Source: Kudoa neothunni
Taxonomy: Eukaryota > Animalia > Cnidaria
DNA length: 64,000 nt
Assembly: GCA_964304625.1 (NCBI GenBank)
Contig: OZ199838.1
Span: forward strand, 10,547,817-10,611,816
Reading direction: 5' to 3'
The notes beneath the pieces are model-generated. The model saw only the letters and a program-made list of their open reading frames with translations, made no database searches and was not told the origin of the DNA. Shown here in pieces: positions 24,055 to 36,194 of the stretch (position 1 is the first letter of the stretch; every line of letters starts with the position of its first letter). The position numbers and the translations under genes were made by a program.

Positions 24055-24506
24055 GAGCCGACGGACAGATAGCACATCGATGTGACACTCGGGCTTAGAA
24101 CCTTGAGTTTAATGGGTTCGAATCCGCCGATGGTCAGACTATTGCTTCCGTGTCGGTGGGTCTCTATCCCATATTTGGGAGCTGTGGTTACAGCTTATGC
24201 TCGCTGTGAGGTGGGGTGCAACATCAGCCAATTTCGCGTGAATAGGAGTTGGAATCTCCAGAGCCCATCGAAAGGCAAGTAATTTGCAGACCTCACAGAG
24301 TCAACGTCCTTAAAGGGATAGGGTGTAAGGTGGTAGTCGTCATGAGACGAGGATATTTAGTAGGTTAAAGTTCCTCATTACCGCATAAGGATAAAGGGGG
24401 TTTCACGTTACGTCCTGCGGTGCCTACAGCATTAATGGAAGAGGTTTGACCAACCAGAATTCCACAACCTAATATGTTGCGCCAGGGGTTTTGCCTTGAA
24501 AAAAAA
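24055..24506 (+). mobile_element. tRNA-derived SINE-like element
   Basis: GC-rich island in AT-rich DNA. A-box-like TAGCACATCGA (24070), anticodon-like loop CTTAGAA, perfect B-box GGTTCGAATCC (24115-24125), structured body and terminal A8. No convincing TSD. Confidence 0.72.
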
Positions 24507-25429
24507 TTATCTTAATTATAAAATAAGTTATGATCATTATATCGTCAAAATTATATCATGAAATTTTTATAGTGACAATATAAGCAATCTACAAACTTTA
24601 CTACATTTAATAATTCTAAAAAAATGTTATAACAATTAGTTTTTGAAGAATTATTTGTTATAAAAGATATTTATACAAAATAAAATGAGCGATATGAATC
24701 TTAATTTAATGATATATTGTTGAACATACACCCTATGCACACTTATTTTTTTTGATACATATGGTCTTTAAATTTCATGTTCAATCTTTTCTTATATTTT
24801 CAAAAATAATAATTTTATTTTGTCTTCAGTCAAAATTTATAGAATTTTTGATGAAAATTTACAAATAATTGTGGGTTTTCTATATTTTTCTAATATTTAT
24901 CAATTAGTTTCACATTATATTATAACTTAACATTAATTCATTATGGGCAGTGGCTATTGACACGCTAACGTATAATCCCTTCTCGGGACTGGCCATTGAT
25001 TGACACACTAATGAATTTCTTGGCAATCGTTAGATATTTTACATTTGTTAATTTCTAGTATTAATTAGAACATTTTTTATCCAAGATTTGAAACTTATGA
25101 TAAAAAATATTGAATATTCATGTTATACTTATGAGCGTAGATTTTGTTATTTTCCACCCTTAATGCGACCATATAAGCTTCCAAGGCGCATTTAAACAAT
25201 TAAGTATGATAATAATAACATTTTTTGAAATAAAATAAGTTCCTTTTAACTACAGAAGAGAAGTTTTAGTTGATAATATCATGTAATTGGGTTGCGAATA
25301 GAGTAAGCTTTGATATGTAAATCAACATAATCATTATAGAATAGATAATCTGAATTTGATTATATTGTTTTATTTATTTTGATAAATTTTCAATTTTTAG
25401 ATCGTTTTCTTAACCATTTAAAATCGGTT

Positions 25430-27440
25430 AATCCCTATCCTCTAGGTCTTCCAATTGCTTCTACTTTTTTGGGCAATACATGGTCTAAATAATAATTATT
25501 ACAATAAACGAAGACGCAAACTTTTTATTCCCAAGCATCCTGTAGACTTGCCACCGGCCGAGTCGTTTTGGGGCTGCGATGATTCGGGTTTTTCCTTTAG
25601 TTTAATTGGTGATATGGGGACTACACATGTTTCGGGCTGGTTGCTTTCAGACAAACCCTTTATGATATTTGCATTATCACCTAATTTAGTATAATTAATA
25701 TCGATAGATAATAATAAAGAGTTATCACTCTTACAAGGGAATGTTGACTCGACTATATCCGTATCTACATTGCATTTTTCTGTGGATGAATCTAGAATTT
25801 TTGCTAACTATAAAAATTATCAGTATGTTAGCAGATAATAATGTATACTTGTTAATTTCTTTAAACTGACTAGGTTATGGCTTTTAATTATGCTTTCTGA
25901 GATTCGAAAATATTTCACACAGCAGTTAAATATTCGCCACAATACTCAACAGCAGTTGTTGCTAATTTGTCTGTATACACAGCGGTTTTCATTCGCTTGA
26001 AAAAAGTTGAGAGGTTTTCCGAATTCTTCTTTTTTACTACAGACTCTATTAAATTGTTTTTTACAATATTTATTTTAGTATTTTCTTTAATAAAATTTGA
26101 AATATGATCTTGGCTCCATCTGAAATTACACAGTTGGGGTTCGAACATGGGCATCAATAATTTACGTCTTAGAGCGAATATGTGTTGGCAGGGCAATTGG
26201 TAAGAACGATAGAAGAGACACGTACAAGAATTTGAAGTGGAGTCATACTCTATTCCCACATTAAATTTATTTTCCTTTTTTTAATTTCTTTGATTGTTAA
26301 TTTAAAAGAAAAGAATGTCAAAAAATCGCAGTAATTTCTTTCTACCTCAGTCTCAAGTCTCAATATTGAAATGTGTCGATTTTGACCGTTCTGTCACAAC
26401 ATGACATGTCCTCTCTGTTCTTAGAGAATTTAAAACGGTGAAAAATTTCTCAAAGAATTCATCTAATCTAGAAAATTTGTTATTGGTGGTTGTTAGTTTG
26501 GAGTTGAGGCATTCCAATCTATTGTTTGTTAGGTTGTCGTAATAGTGTCTTGCATCACTCAAAGAAATTATCCATTGTGAACGAATCGGGTCCCAATTTT
26601 TTCTGAAATAAGCGTTAAAATCTTCATATTTGTGATTGTATAGTTCAGTAAGTAAGATTTTGTATTATTCTTCGTTTTTCGAAAAAATTATTTTTCTGAT
26701 AATATCTGAAATATTATCTTTGACTTCATTTTTTATATTATATTTAGCAAGTCTCAACTCTCGCTCGAACGCCTGTATTACATGAAATTTACAGAGAATT
26801 AATGCAGAATTAGGAAAATGATTTTTCAGAGCTTTACGAAGTTTTAAATCCTTATCAGTAACAATGGACAGTACTGATTGTTTTATCCACGGTACAATTG
26901 ATATTGGTTCATCGATATACCAGTTGGTAACAGCTTCAGCTTCCTCATACATAATGCAGGCACTACCTACATGAGATAAACCCATAGAATCTTCTGAAAC
27001 CGTTAGATACAGGGGAGCACTACAATTTAAGGAGATAAACATTAATAAAAATAGGTTAAATAAAACAAGATAACATTCGTAAAAATTACCGTGAATCTAG
27101 TAGTTTTCAGGTTGCATCAACTAAAAGTAGCTCTGGGAAAAAAGAAAAAACCTTCTTCATTTCATCATCCAGGAATAATATTGCATTAACTTGATTGTTT
27201 TCGTCAGCCAATATTCTCAGATCACAATTATAATCAACGTTGAGCAATTGATAAATATAGTTGATATCATTTATTTTATTCGACATATTTATTTTGGAAT
27301 TGTGTATTGATTTCAATGTAATTTTTTTCCAGGTCTCTTGTTAGATTTTAGATTGCAGCAATTTTTTGTTGGCTCCCAAAGAAACTAACTCTGATACTAA
27401 ATCTTTATTCTTATCCAACTTAAGTTCTGGTGGCATATAA
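25430..27440 (-). pseudogene. MULE transposase (ZSWIM3-like), intron-containing, decayed
   Basis: FPELLLVDAT*KLL, VTDKDLKLRKALKNHFP..ILCKFHVIQAF, NLTNNRLECLNSKL, SWIM CTCLFYRSYQLPCQHIFA and GRPRG. Stops and frameshifts; TIRs not identified. Confidence 0.88.
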
Positions 27441-29700
27441 CTGAAACAATTTCATTTCTTTCGTGAAATGTATTCAAATATGTATATAATTATTGCATCT
27501 CATAGATCATCCAATGACAAATATGTATTTAATATTTTACGAGGCTATTTATAAACTAATTTATACATGAATAATAATAATAAATATACTTTTAATTATT
27601 TGGGCATAGTTTCATTTGTTTTCTGGAAGTTCAATAATGTCTGTTCTATTATCATCGGTCTAATATATTGAATTTTAATGGAAAATTTAAACCAAAGGAC
27701 GATGGTTAGCTATCTCAGCTTTATTAAATATCCAAATAGGCGTGATTTTACAATTTCTAATATTTGACATTCGATAATTGTTTTGGCGAGGTTGTATTTG
27801 GGAATTTAAGATGCTGAGGTTAATTCAAATTTATATTGCTTACACATAATAATATACCTTTAAATCTTATTTAAAAATCTCTTATCTAGATTAAAAATTC
27901 TTATCAATAATTAGTAAATTTAAAACATTCGAGTAGCAATCTTACCTTAAGAGAAACCATACACAAAATTCTCTAAGTGTTATTTTCGTTAGAGTCATAT
28001 TTCACAAAAATATTTATTAACGTCAAAATTTTTGAAGATGAGAGAATTATTACTACTAAATTGAGATTCTCTTTCCTTACCATGATTATTTATGACAACT
28101 TATTGATTTGTGATTTCTTCTAGGCGGTGAGTTCATAAATTGCCGCTATACTTTATTGAAAATAACGCTAATATTCAAAGCATACGGGAATTTTTCGTAT
28201 TCTATTAAAATTTCAAAACCAAATCGATTTTTGAACTTCACCGCTTCTTTTTCAATTCTATGTGTTGATTATCAATGGATATAAATTTTTTTCGTTATAA
28301 ATTATTGTGGTTGATACGGAGCAAACCTCTTCAAATTCTATTTCAAAAAAATTTGGTTTAAGGAATAGAATCATTTTAAAACTTTATATATTAAATTTTG
28401 AACAAAAATTTCATAATTAGATAAAAAAATGGTCGCCCACTCTCAAAATTCGAGAATTAGAAAATGTAAATATTTTTTCTAAATTTATTATACATAAAAT
28501 ATATCAACTTTAAATGAAAACCAAGAAATAAATCCAGAAATTTCTTTAAAAATCAACAGCTTTGCAACATTAAAAACGACGTTTCATGCGTATTAGATAG
28601 ACAAGGTTATTTTGGCGGCTAGAACACATGGCTCAAGTGATTAATGATTAAAACCCCTGAGTTTATTGGTAGTATGGAAAACGTCATTTTCATCCTTTAG
28701 AACATATTTTACCGCTAGTATATTTACTAAAAAGTGCATTTTAAGTGAATTCAATAAATATAGGATGATTAAAGGATCGTACTCACCAGGAACTTTTAAT
28801 AAAAAACTAACTTAATAAATATTGTAGGAGTGAAGAAACAACAAAAAGTTTAACACATTAATAAAATGAGTTTGGTAATATCTTAGCTATTATAGGATAT
28901 ATTCCTTACCGTAAGAATAGTCTGTGCCAATCAAAAAATCCGATATCTATAGATTTTCTAACCGAAAAATTAACATAATTACTCCATAATTTTCTTAAAT
29001 TTAATTTGAATAAGTTTAAGTTTACAGTGCATTAAAGATGAAGAAAACATTTTATTTCTATTATTCTTCGTGAAAACGTTTATTTTCTATAAATAGCGCG
29101 GTTGTTTATTAGACTAATTCTAATACCCTAGCTTTTGTGGTTTTTAAAAAAGATGAAGATGATGAAGAAGAAGCGAGATGCGTGATGCATTTCACGTCCA
29201 TCATGTTATATCACGCGTGTGACGTGACTCGCGTAGAAACCCTAAATAAAATACATTTTAAAGGTATATCAGTCTATGTCGAAAGGATTCACGGACACAT
29301 ACAATAACGTCATCATATGATATTAATCAAATTATAGGTTAGTCATTGATTTTCTCATAATATTTTAATATTATGAATTTAATTAAAATGGAAAAAACCA
29401 ATTAATTCATTATCCATTTTTTAAGCGAAATAAAAATGGTAGAACTTTTACATTCAATTATTTAATCCTATTATTAATAGTTTTTAAATTTAATTATTGA
29501 TTGATGATTAAATAAATTCTTAGGCCGATAAAGTATCAACTGTTAGTAGATTATTGTTTAAAAATTCATAAGCGAAGTTAACGAAATTGTTGTTAATCAA
29601 CGAGAGGTTTATTATCAAATGCACTAGCCTTTGTTAATAATATGATATCACATTTTAAACGGCCGAATATACCAGGATAATGATTAATAATACTCTACTC

Positions 29701-30270
29701 CAGTGGTTCTCAAACTTTTTTTGCAATGGAACCCTTATCTAAATTAACCCATTAAGGTCAGATCAAGAAACCTTGATGAATTAATACTGATTATAATAAA
29801 ACAATACTTTATTTGCAACACACTATTCGATATTGGAATAGCAATTAAGTTTATAATAAAAAAGATAAATTAAAACCATTATTATATTGGAACATATTCC
29901 GTGTTTTTTGAACTAGCGCTCGTAGATCATTCGTTTGCAAGTTCACCCATTTCTCTGTCTTCTTTAGACGATGTTTTCCTACTGATTATGTTTAAACACC
30001 GATCCATTGTAGGGCTTTTGGATTAATCAAACTAATTTGTTGAATAAAGGAAATATTGGTATCAACAGCAAAGCAACAAAAACTTCCTGCAGGTGCGTTG
30101 GTGCGTAGCTAACCGACAAAATTCAGCTATCACGTATCGCCAGTGTTGTCTTATTTAGCTATCAATGAAAATTCACTGACATCATAAGATACGACCTGTA
30201 CCAATTTCTAATAATATGATTAAATGTTGTTTTCATTGCAACTTTGTGGAGCCCACTTTGAGAACCGTTG
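29701..30270. mobile_element. hAT/Buster-type MITE
   Basis: Ends CAGTGGTTCTCAAA ... TTTGAGAACCGTTG. 8-bp flanks ctcTActc / cttTAgcc have the central TA typical of Buster TSDs. Confidence 0.8.
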
Positions 30271-30621
30271 CTTTAGCCAACTAAAGTTAATACTATCATT
30301 TAATTTAATTCGAAATAAAAGATAGATTCGGCAGGCTATTTCAGCTAAAATAAGTTTTTATATTTGCGAAATAATAACATGCATTAGATTTGCATCTCGA
30401 ATTTTAGCCCTCAGTAATTTTAAGGCGCATAGAATGAAAGGTAAATTTCCAGTACCTAATCCTAACGAAAAACGCAGAAACAACAATAATTGATAATTTG
30501 AGAAAATAAGATATAGGTAGAGTTGAAAACATCGTCAAAAAACCATATATAAAGTAATGAATTCGACGATAAAAATGTCGAATTCAGAAGTAAATTTTTA
30601 GTGGGTGCATAGTAGAAATAT

Positions 30622-32327
30622 TTAGGAGGCTTTTGTGGATAGATATAAGGCTGGTGCATCCTTGATGGCAATATCCAGATCATTTATCACTTTTTGTAGG
30701 ATTTTTTTCTCGTTAACAATGTAGTGTCGACAGTTGACAGAGATGTAGTTGTTGGATTTGACAGGTGGGAGTGAGTCTTCATTTACGTAACCGCTTAAAA
30801 TGAATTGCACATGAGTTTTCAATTGGTTTAATGATTTTAATTCGGTTTCTAATGAAAGGGCAATATTTCCATTAACTTTAGCTTTCAGATCTGGTCCCCA
30901 AACATTAGCAAGTTGTTGTTTTTCGTCAAGGGTGCAGTTCAGCAGGCGATAAATCAGTCTAAGGTCACCAGACCAGGCGTTAGAATACAAGCTCAGAGGA
31001 TGATGGAAAGAATCTTGAAGATCTGCAGCCGTAAGTAGATCCATTCGATTGGATATATCGGCTTTGGTGTTAAGACGATCAATGCTAACAACGAAGAAAT
31101 CGTTGGTGTTGTTTTCAAGGTAGAATCCATTGTATATGAATAAAAGTGAAGTGGGTCTCGCACCGTAAAAAATTCGCAGTTCGTCTCCACTTTGCAAATC
31201 ATTCGGGCACAAAACTCTACACAGACCACAATCTATATCAAAGTCCACAGAAAATATGGTGTCAGTGTGGTTGCATAAATCCATCACTGGTATAAGTCCG
31301 AGTGTGTGTTGGCCGCTTTTTGAGGAAGTAGGGATGGGATTCATTCGAGTCATCACAGTTGAGGCTGCCCAAAAATAATCCCGCAAATTAAATTTATCTT
31401 TCAGGTGATATTTTTTCACAAGCGCGCCGATCGGTTTGGAAGAAGATTCATTCTCGATAAATTTCATATGCAAATACACATATTGTCTCACACATGAAGT
31501 CCACAAACTTAAAGCATCCCAATACAATGGTGATCCTTTCAACGAAGCGAAATCATCGACCGAAAATTCACACACGTTGTTATAGGAAGATGGTAACGAA
31601 TCCAAATAGACTTTCCATGGAGAATCATTTTTCTTATAGCATTCAATTAGTAGTCCAAACGCCAGTAATATATTTGGCATAGTATTGAGCAGTGGATCAT
31701 TTTTAGCAACTTCTCCAATAGCTGAGTCTTTCATGAAATATTCTGCAGTTAAAATAAGGTTTTTAGGGATCTAAATCGACATTAATTTCATTCCAACTAT
31801 AATTCATATATACTTTGAGCACTTCTTCTCCTCTTTTCATGTTTTTTGTCACCTTCAACCCAAATCCCTCATTGTCTAACGATGAGCTCGATGTATGCTG
31901 CATAATATCGACACCTTGAAGATCTACAGCACCATTTCCCATCCAATCAAGTAACTGTTTTAACTAAATTATTTTTAAAATAAAAACAAGCACAGATATC
32001 TATCAATAGCAATATAATGAATGCTATTACTCGTTGATATCTATCAATACTCTTCAACCATGGAGTTATTGTTGGTTTAGCTGTGCATTTTTCAACCTCT
32101 GCCAACAACTTTCGAATCTTCAGGTGATATTCCATCAAATCATCTTCATTGGTGATGGTAGAAAATTGGCAGCATATTCGGAATATTTCCATTAGCTTTC
32201 CTTTCAAAGTAGGATCGGTTGCTTCATCCATGACAACCTGCGATAAGGTGGAACGCACAGTTTTAATTTTGTTGATAATGTTATTGATATTTTTTTGCGA
32301 AAGGTATTCAATTCCGTCCGAATTCAT
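30622..32327 (-). CDS. SETD3: SETD3-family (actin-histidine) methyltransferase
   Basis: Exons 32327..32031, 31963..31814 and 31770..30622. Motifs EGFGLKVT, SPWKVYLDSLP, RQYVYL, WAASTVMTRMN, LIPVMDLCNH, IFYGARP..YNGF and a Rubisco-LSMT-type C-terminal domain. The start codon is the first in-frame ATG. Confidence 0.88.
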
Positions 32328-32754
32328 GTCAATATGCAACCTGACAAAGGATTTAGTTGCAGTCCAAGACGACTTATTTTTCGGGATTACGACTAATTCA
32401 TCACTATGGAGTTTTCATAATATTTTAATTACATCAAAATCAGCTCTAGTAATATAGAAATACAATTGCCGGCGAATTCAACTCTCGGTATTATCTAATA
32501 ATCCCTTTTTTTCAAAAACGACAGTTAACATTGATATTGGATGATGGTAGGCGAAAGCGATTATGTAAATATGTAAATAGATTGATTAATGACTTTTTTA
32601 GAAACTATCTTATTCAATAATAAAAAATCGTATGCCATATATTTCAGGATTGTTTCAACTATATTTTAAAGATCATCAAAATTAGGGAAAAGTTTCGGTA
32701 ATCTTCGGCTGCGCCTCACCCCAATTTGTTGGTCCGGCGATTCTTTTTTTATTA
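32328..32754. promoter_or_regulatory. Probable bidirectional promoter region between SETD3 and SDA1
   Basis: Head-to-head start codons 427 bp apart; no specific element identified. Confidence 0.5.
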
Positions 32755-35325
32755 ATGCCTCCTACAACACCTGGCGCAACCAATACTCATTATTATGGTT
32801 CAAATGAAATTGTTGACCATGTTGAGTTGGTTGCACGTATAAAAAAAGATCCTCTTTGTCATCAAGATAATTTTATCTCACAGTACAACCATTTTGAGCG
32901 ACTTTGCCAATTGTTGACTTTGGAACCTTCTTCAATGAACGAGAATCTGCTCCAGCTGATATCTTTTATTAGTACTGTACTCCACAATTACAAACAATAC
33001 ACTGAGAAATTTGTTAACAATTTGGTGACCCTCATAGAAAGTTATGGCTATGTAAAATGTGATATTTTCTTTTTATTATGTATATTGGTAAATTTAGCAA
33101 TTGGAATCCACAATTCGATTGGTTATTTGTAAGGTATTGTTGAAGCAACAACGACAAAACAATATTGAACCTCTGAAATTGTATCAAATATTAGTTGGCC
33201 TCTTCAATTGTAAAGATAAAATTCTGAGAAAATCGTTACAACATCTTATTATTACCAATATCCAAAACTCGAATCGAAAACACTACAACAATCGGATAAA
33301 TCTCTCTATTCAAGGCTATTTTTTCAAAATGTTACAACAAACCTCGACAATTAGCATTAGTGACAATGAGCCTATTATTTTGGCAATTCTTAACATAGTG
33401 ATATCACTATGGAGAAAAAAAGTTTGGACAAACGATAAAACAGTTAACATGATTAGTTATGTGTGCTTTAGTGAAAGTTACAAGGTGATTTTTGTGTTTA
33501 TTGAACACAGTTTTTCGCATAGCGTTTGTAAATCATTGGAACTCTTTTGTTCTTTATTAATTATGTTTTTGTGTTCTTTTTTACAAATGATCTTGCATTA
33601 TTATGTTCTTTTGTTGTTGATTATCTTATGCGTAATTTGTTTGGTTGTAGGTGAGCTTTACCGCCATCAAATTCTTCTTGGCTATTAACAACACCACAGA
33701 CAACGAAAACCAAAGCGACGATGAGTTGGATGATCCAAATGGCGATGAAGTCAAAAGAATGAACGCCCTGATGCTCATCAAAGCCAACAAATGTGACACC
33801 AAACCTACAATCTCAAGAACATCCCGAAAAAAAAAACGCAAACTCGATAAAGCGTTAGAATATATGGCCAACATTGAAAAAAAGAAAAAAGCACGGCGTG
33901 TGGATCAGTCGGTAGGAGATAGTTCCGCTATTCGTTTGTTGAACGATCCACAATCGTTTGCGTTGGATTTATTGAAAAAATTTTCTAAATCCAAAAACAG
34001 ATTCGAGATGAAATTAATGATCATTGAATTAGTTGCGCGTGTGATCAGTATTCATACACTTATTATTCCCAATTATTACACTATTGTGCAACGTTATTTG
34101 AGACCCCATCAAGAAAACGCTGTTCGCATCCTGACCGCTCTTGTTCAGTCATGCCACAAACTCGTACCAGATGAATACATTTGTGCGTGTATCAAGACTA
34201 TTGCTGCCAATTTCATCTCACAGCACTCCGCCTCAGAAATCGCCGCGGTTGGAATGAACACTATCAGAGAAATCTGCTGGAGATCTCCAACTGCCATTGA
34301 AGAGTCACTTGCTCAAGAACTCGTTTCCATGGAAAAGGGAATCAATGGTTCTAAGGGTATCGATAAGGTACTGGCAATAGCGTCCAAGTCATTATTACAA
34401 ACCCTGCGAGTTGTGAACCCGAAAGTGCTTTTGAGAAAAGATCGTGCTCGCCCCCTTCTACCAAAATCTCGTCAGCAGTTGATCGATTCTTTAAATGAAA
34501 CTGACGACCCTTTAAATGCGCTCGGGGGTCCTAAAACTCATACAACTATTCCAGGGTTAGAATATTACGATAATCTAGCTGATAATCAATTTGAAAATGA
34601 GTCACAAGATATGTCTGAAGATGATGAAGATAGTATTTTGGAGGATGATGAAGGTGAAGATGGTACTTTAGAGGAGGAGGAGGAGGAGGATGATGATGAT
34701 GAAGATAGTGTTGATATTGAGAGTGATGAATGTGAAAATATTTCGCTGACCGGTCAAACATTGAATAGCGAAGTGATGTGCTCACGGTTTCTTACTGATG
34801 AAGAATTTCGAATGATTCGACGCCAAAAAATGAAACAAGATGCAAAAAAATTGGCTGAAAGTTTAGGAAACAAAAAACACAAAGCATCCAACCTCGATGA
34901 TGACAACTCCAGTGATATTGACGACAATTCGATTCATCACGATGATATTATTGGAGTTGAGACAGTGGGTTTTGTTAGCGGATTGAAAAGGAAGCACACA
35001 AATCCTGATTTTGTATCATCATCCACTCAAAACTTTTCGACCAACAAAAAGACTCCCGATATGAGAAAACAAGCCAACGCTGAATTTCGTAGCAAAGTCT
35101 TCAATGATTGGAGATTCAACCCAAAGGCTAGCATAACTCAACGTGAAAAGAATAAATCCAAACCTTTCATGATGATCAAAAATAAACGACAGGTATTGTG
35201 TAATCCCTTCATATTTTATGTGTGAATATTTGATTTAGGTGAAAGGCAAAGTTAAGAAATCTATCAGAGATAAGATTGCCACACTTCGAAAAACAATAAA
35301 AAATGCCGGGAAAATTCGGCGTTAA
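32755..35325 (+). CDS. SDAD1: SDA1 homolog (60S biogenesis factor)
   Basis: Exons 32755..33051, 33098..33484, 33651..35192 and 35239..35325. Motifs IKKDPLCHQDNF, LFNCKDKILRK, LWRKKVWTNDKTVN, AIRLLNDPQSFA, YLRPHQE, AVGMNTIREIC, an acidic tract, RFLTDEEF and NKSKPFMM. Confidence 0.93.
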
Positions 35326-36194
35326 TATTTCTATTAGTCTTTAGTGTGTAGATCTGTACGTAGGTTTTTGTTTTAGAAAAGGGGTTTTTATTTTTCCGAG
35401 CTTATTGTTGTGATTTTTGTTATTCTGGTGTACAAGATCGAAATTCCGAGTGCTTATGGTTACTGTTGACGCGCGGCAAACGGAGAATCTGAAACTACAG
35501 TTAGAATTTGATACATCGAAGTAAAACACTGTAGAATTTCGGATTTATAACATGTGAACTCTCGTAAACTTAATGCATCGTATAATAACGATTGGAACGA
35601 TCGTTTAAATTAGCAGTTGCCATTTTCGTGCACATACTAAACGCATTTGAGACCCATTTATTTTTTTCGAAGATCTGAAAATTTTCCAGTTCCTATGTAA
35701 AAATTCGGTAATAGTAAGATTTTATAATGTAATGGTGTATTGTTAATACAACGACTATATGTATATCATACAGATATTGCACTTTTTACGGCTTATGGGT
35801 GCAGAGGAATTGACGTTAAATGCGAAATTGCTTTTTCTAATTAAGAAAATTCTTATAAAGCGTCGAGTGATGAAGCTGGGTTTATAGATATTAGTTAGGG
35901 AACTGGATGTTAATACGCAGAATCGCATCATTGCGAGGGCGTCACGTGTCACGTCTTTAATTTATTTCCATTCATTGTGGCTAATGATGCCTTTTTTTCT
36001 GATGTTCCTTTTTAAGACTTTTTCATTTTAGTTTTTTTACCCTTCTAAATTACATGAAAATTTATATCCTCCAAATGACCCCACGTTTGTCTTTGATAAA
36101 ATATTTCATAAAATAATAATTTGTTATTTTAGAAGTTTTTAAAATATTTTATCGATTATATATTCAGTAATGTCATAAATCACATCATGTAATA

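Noticed and set aside
24055-24140. Functional tRNA-Leu(TAG) gene
   Set aside because: Acceptor and D stems do not pair properly, and the sequence continues into a long body with an A-tail, as in a SINE.
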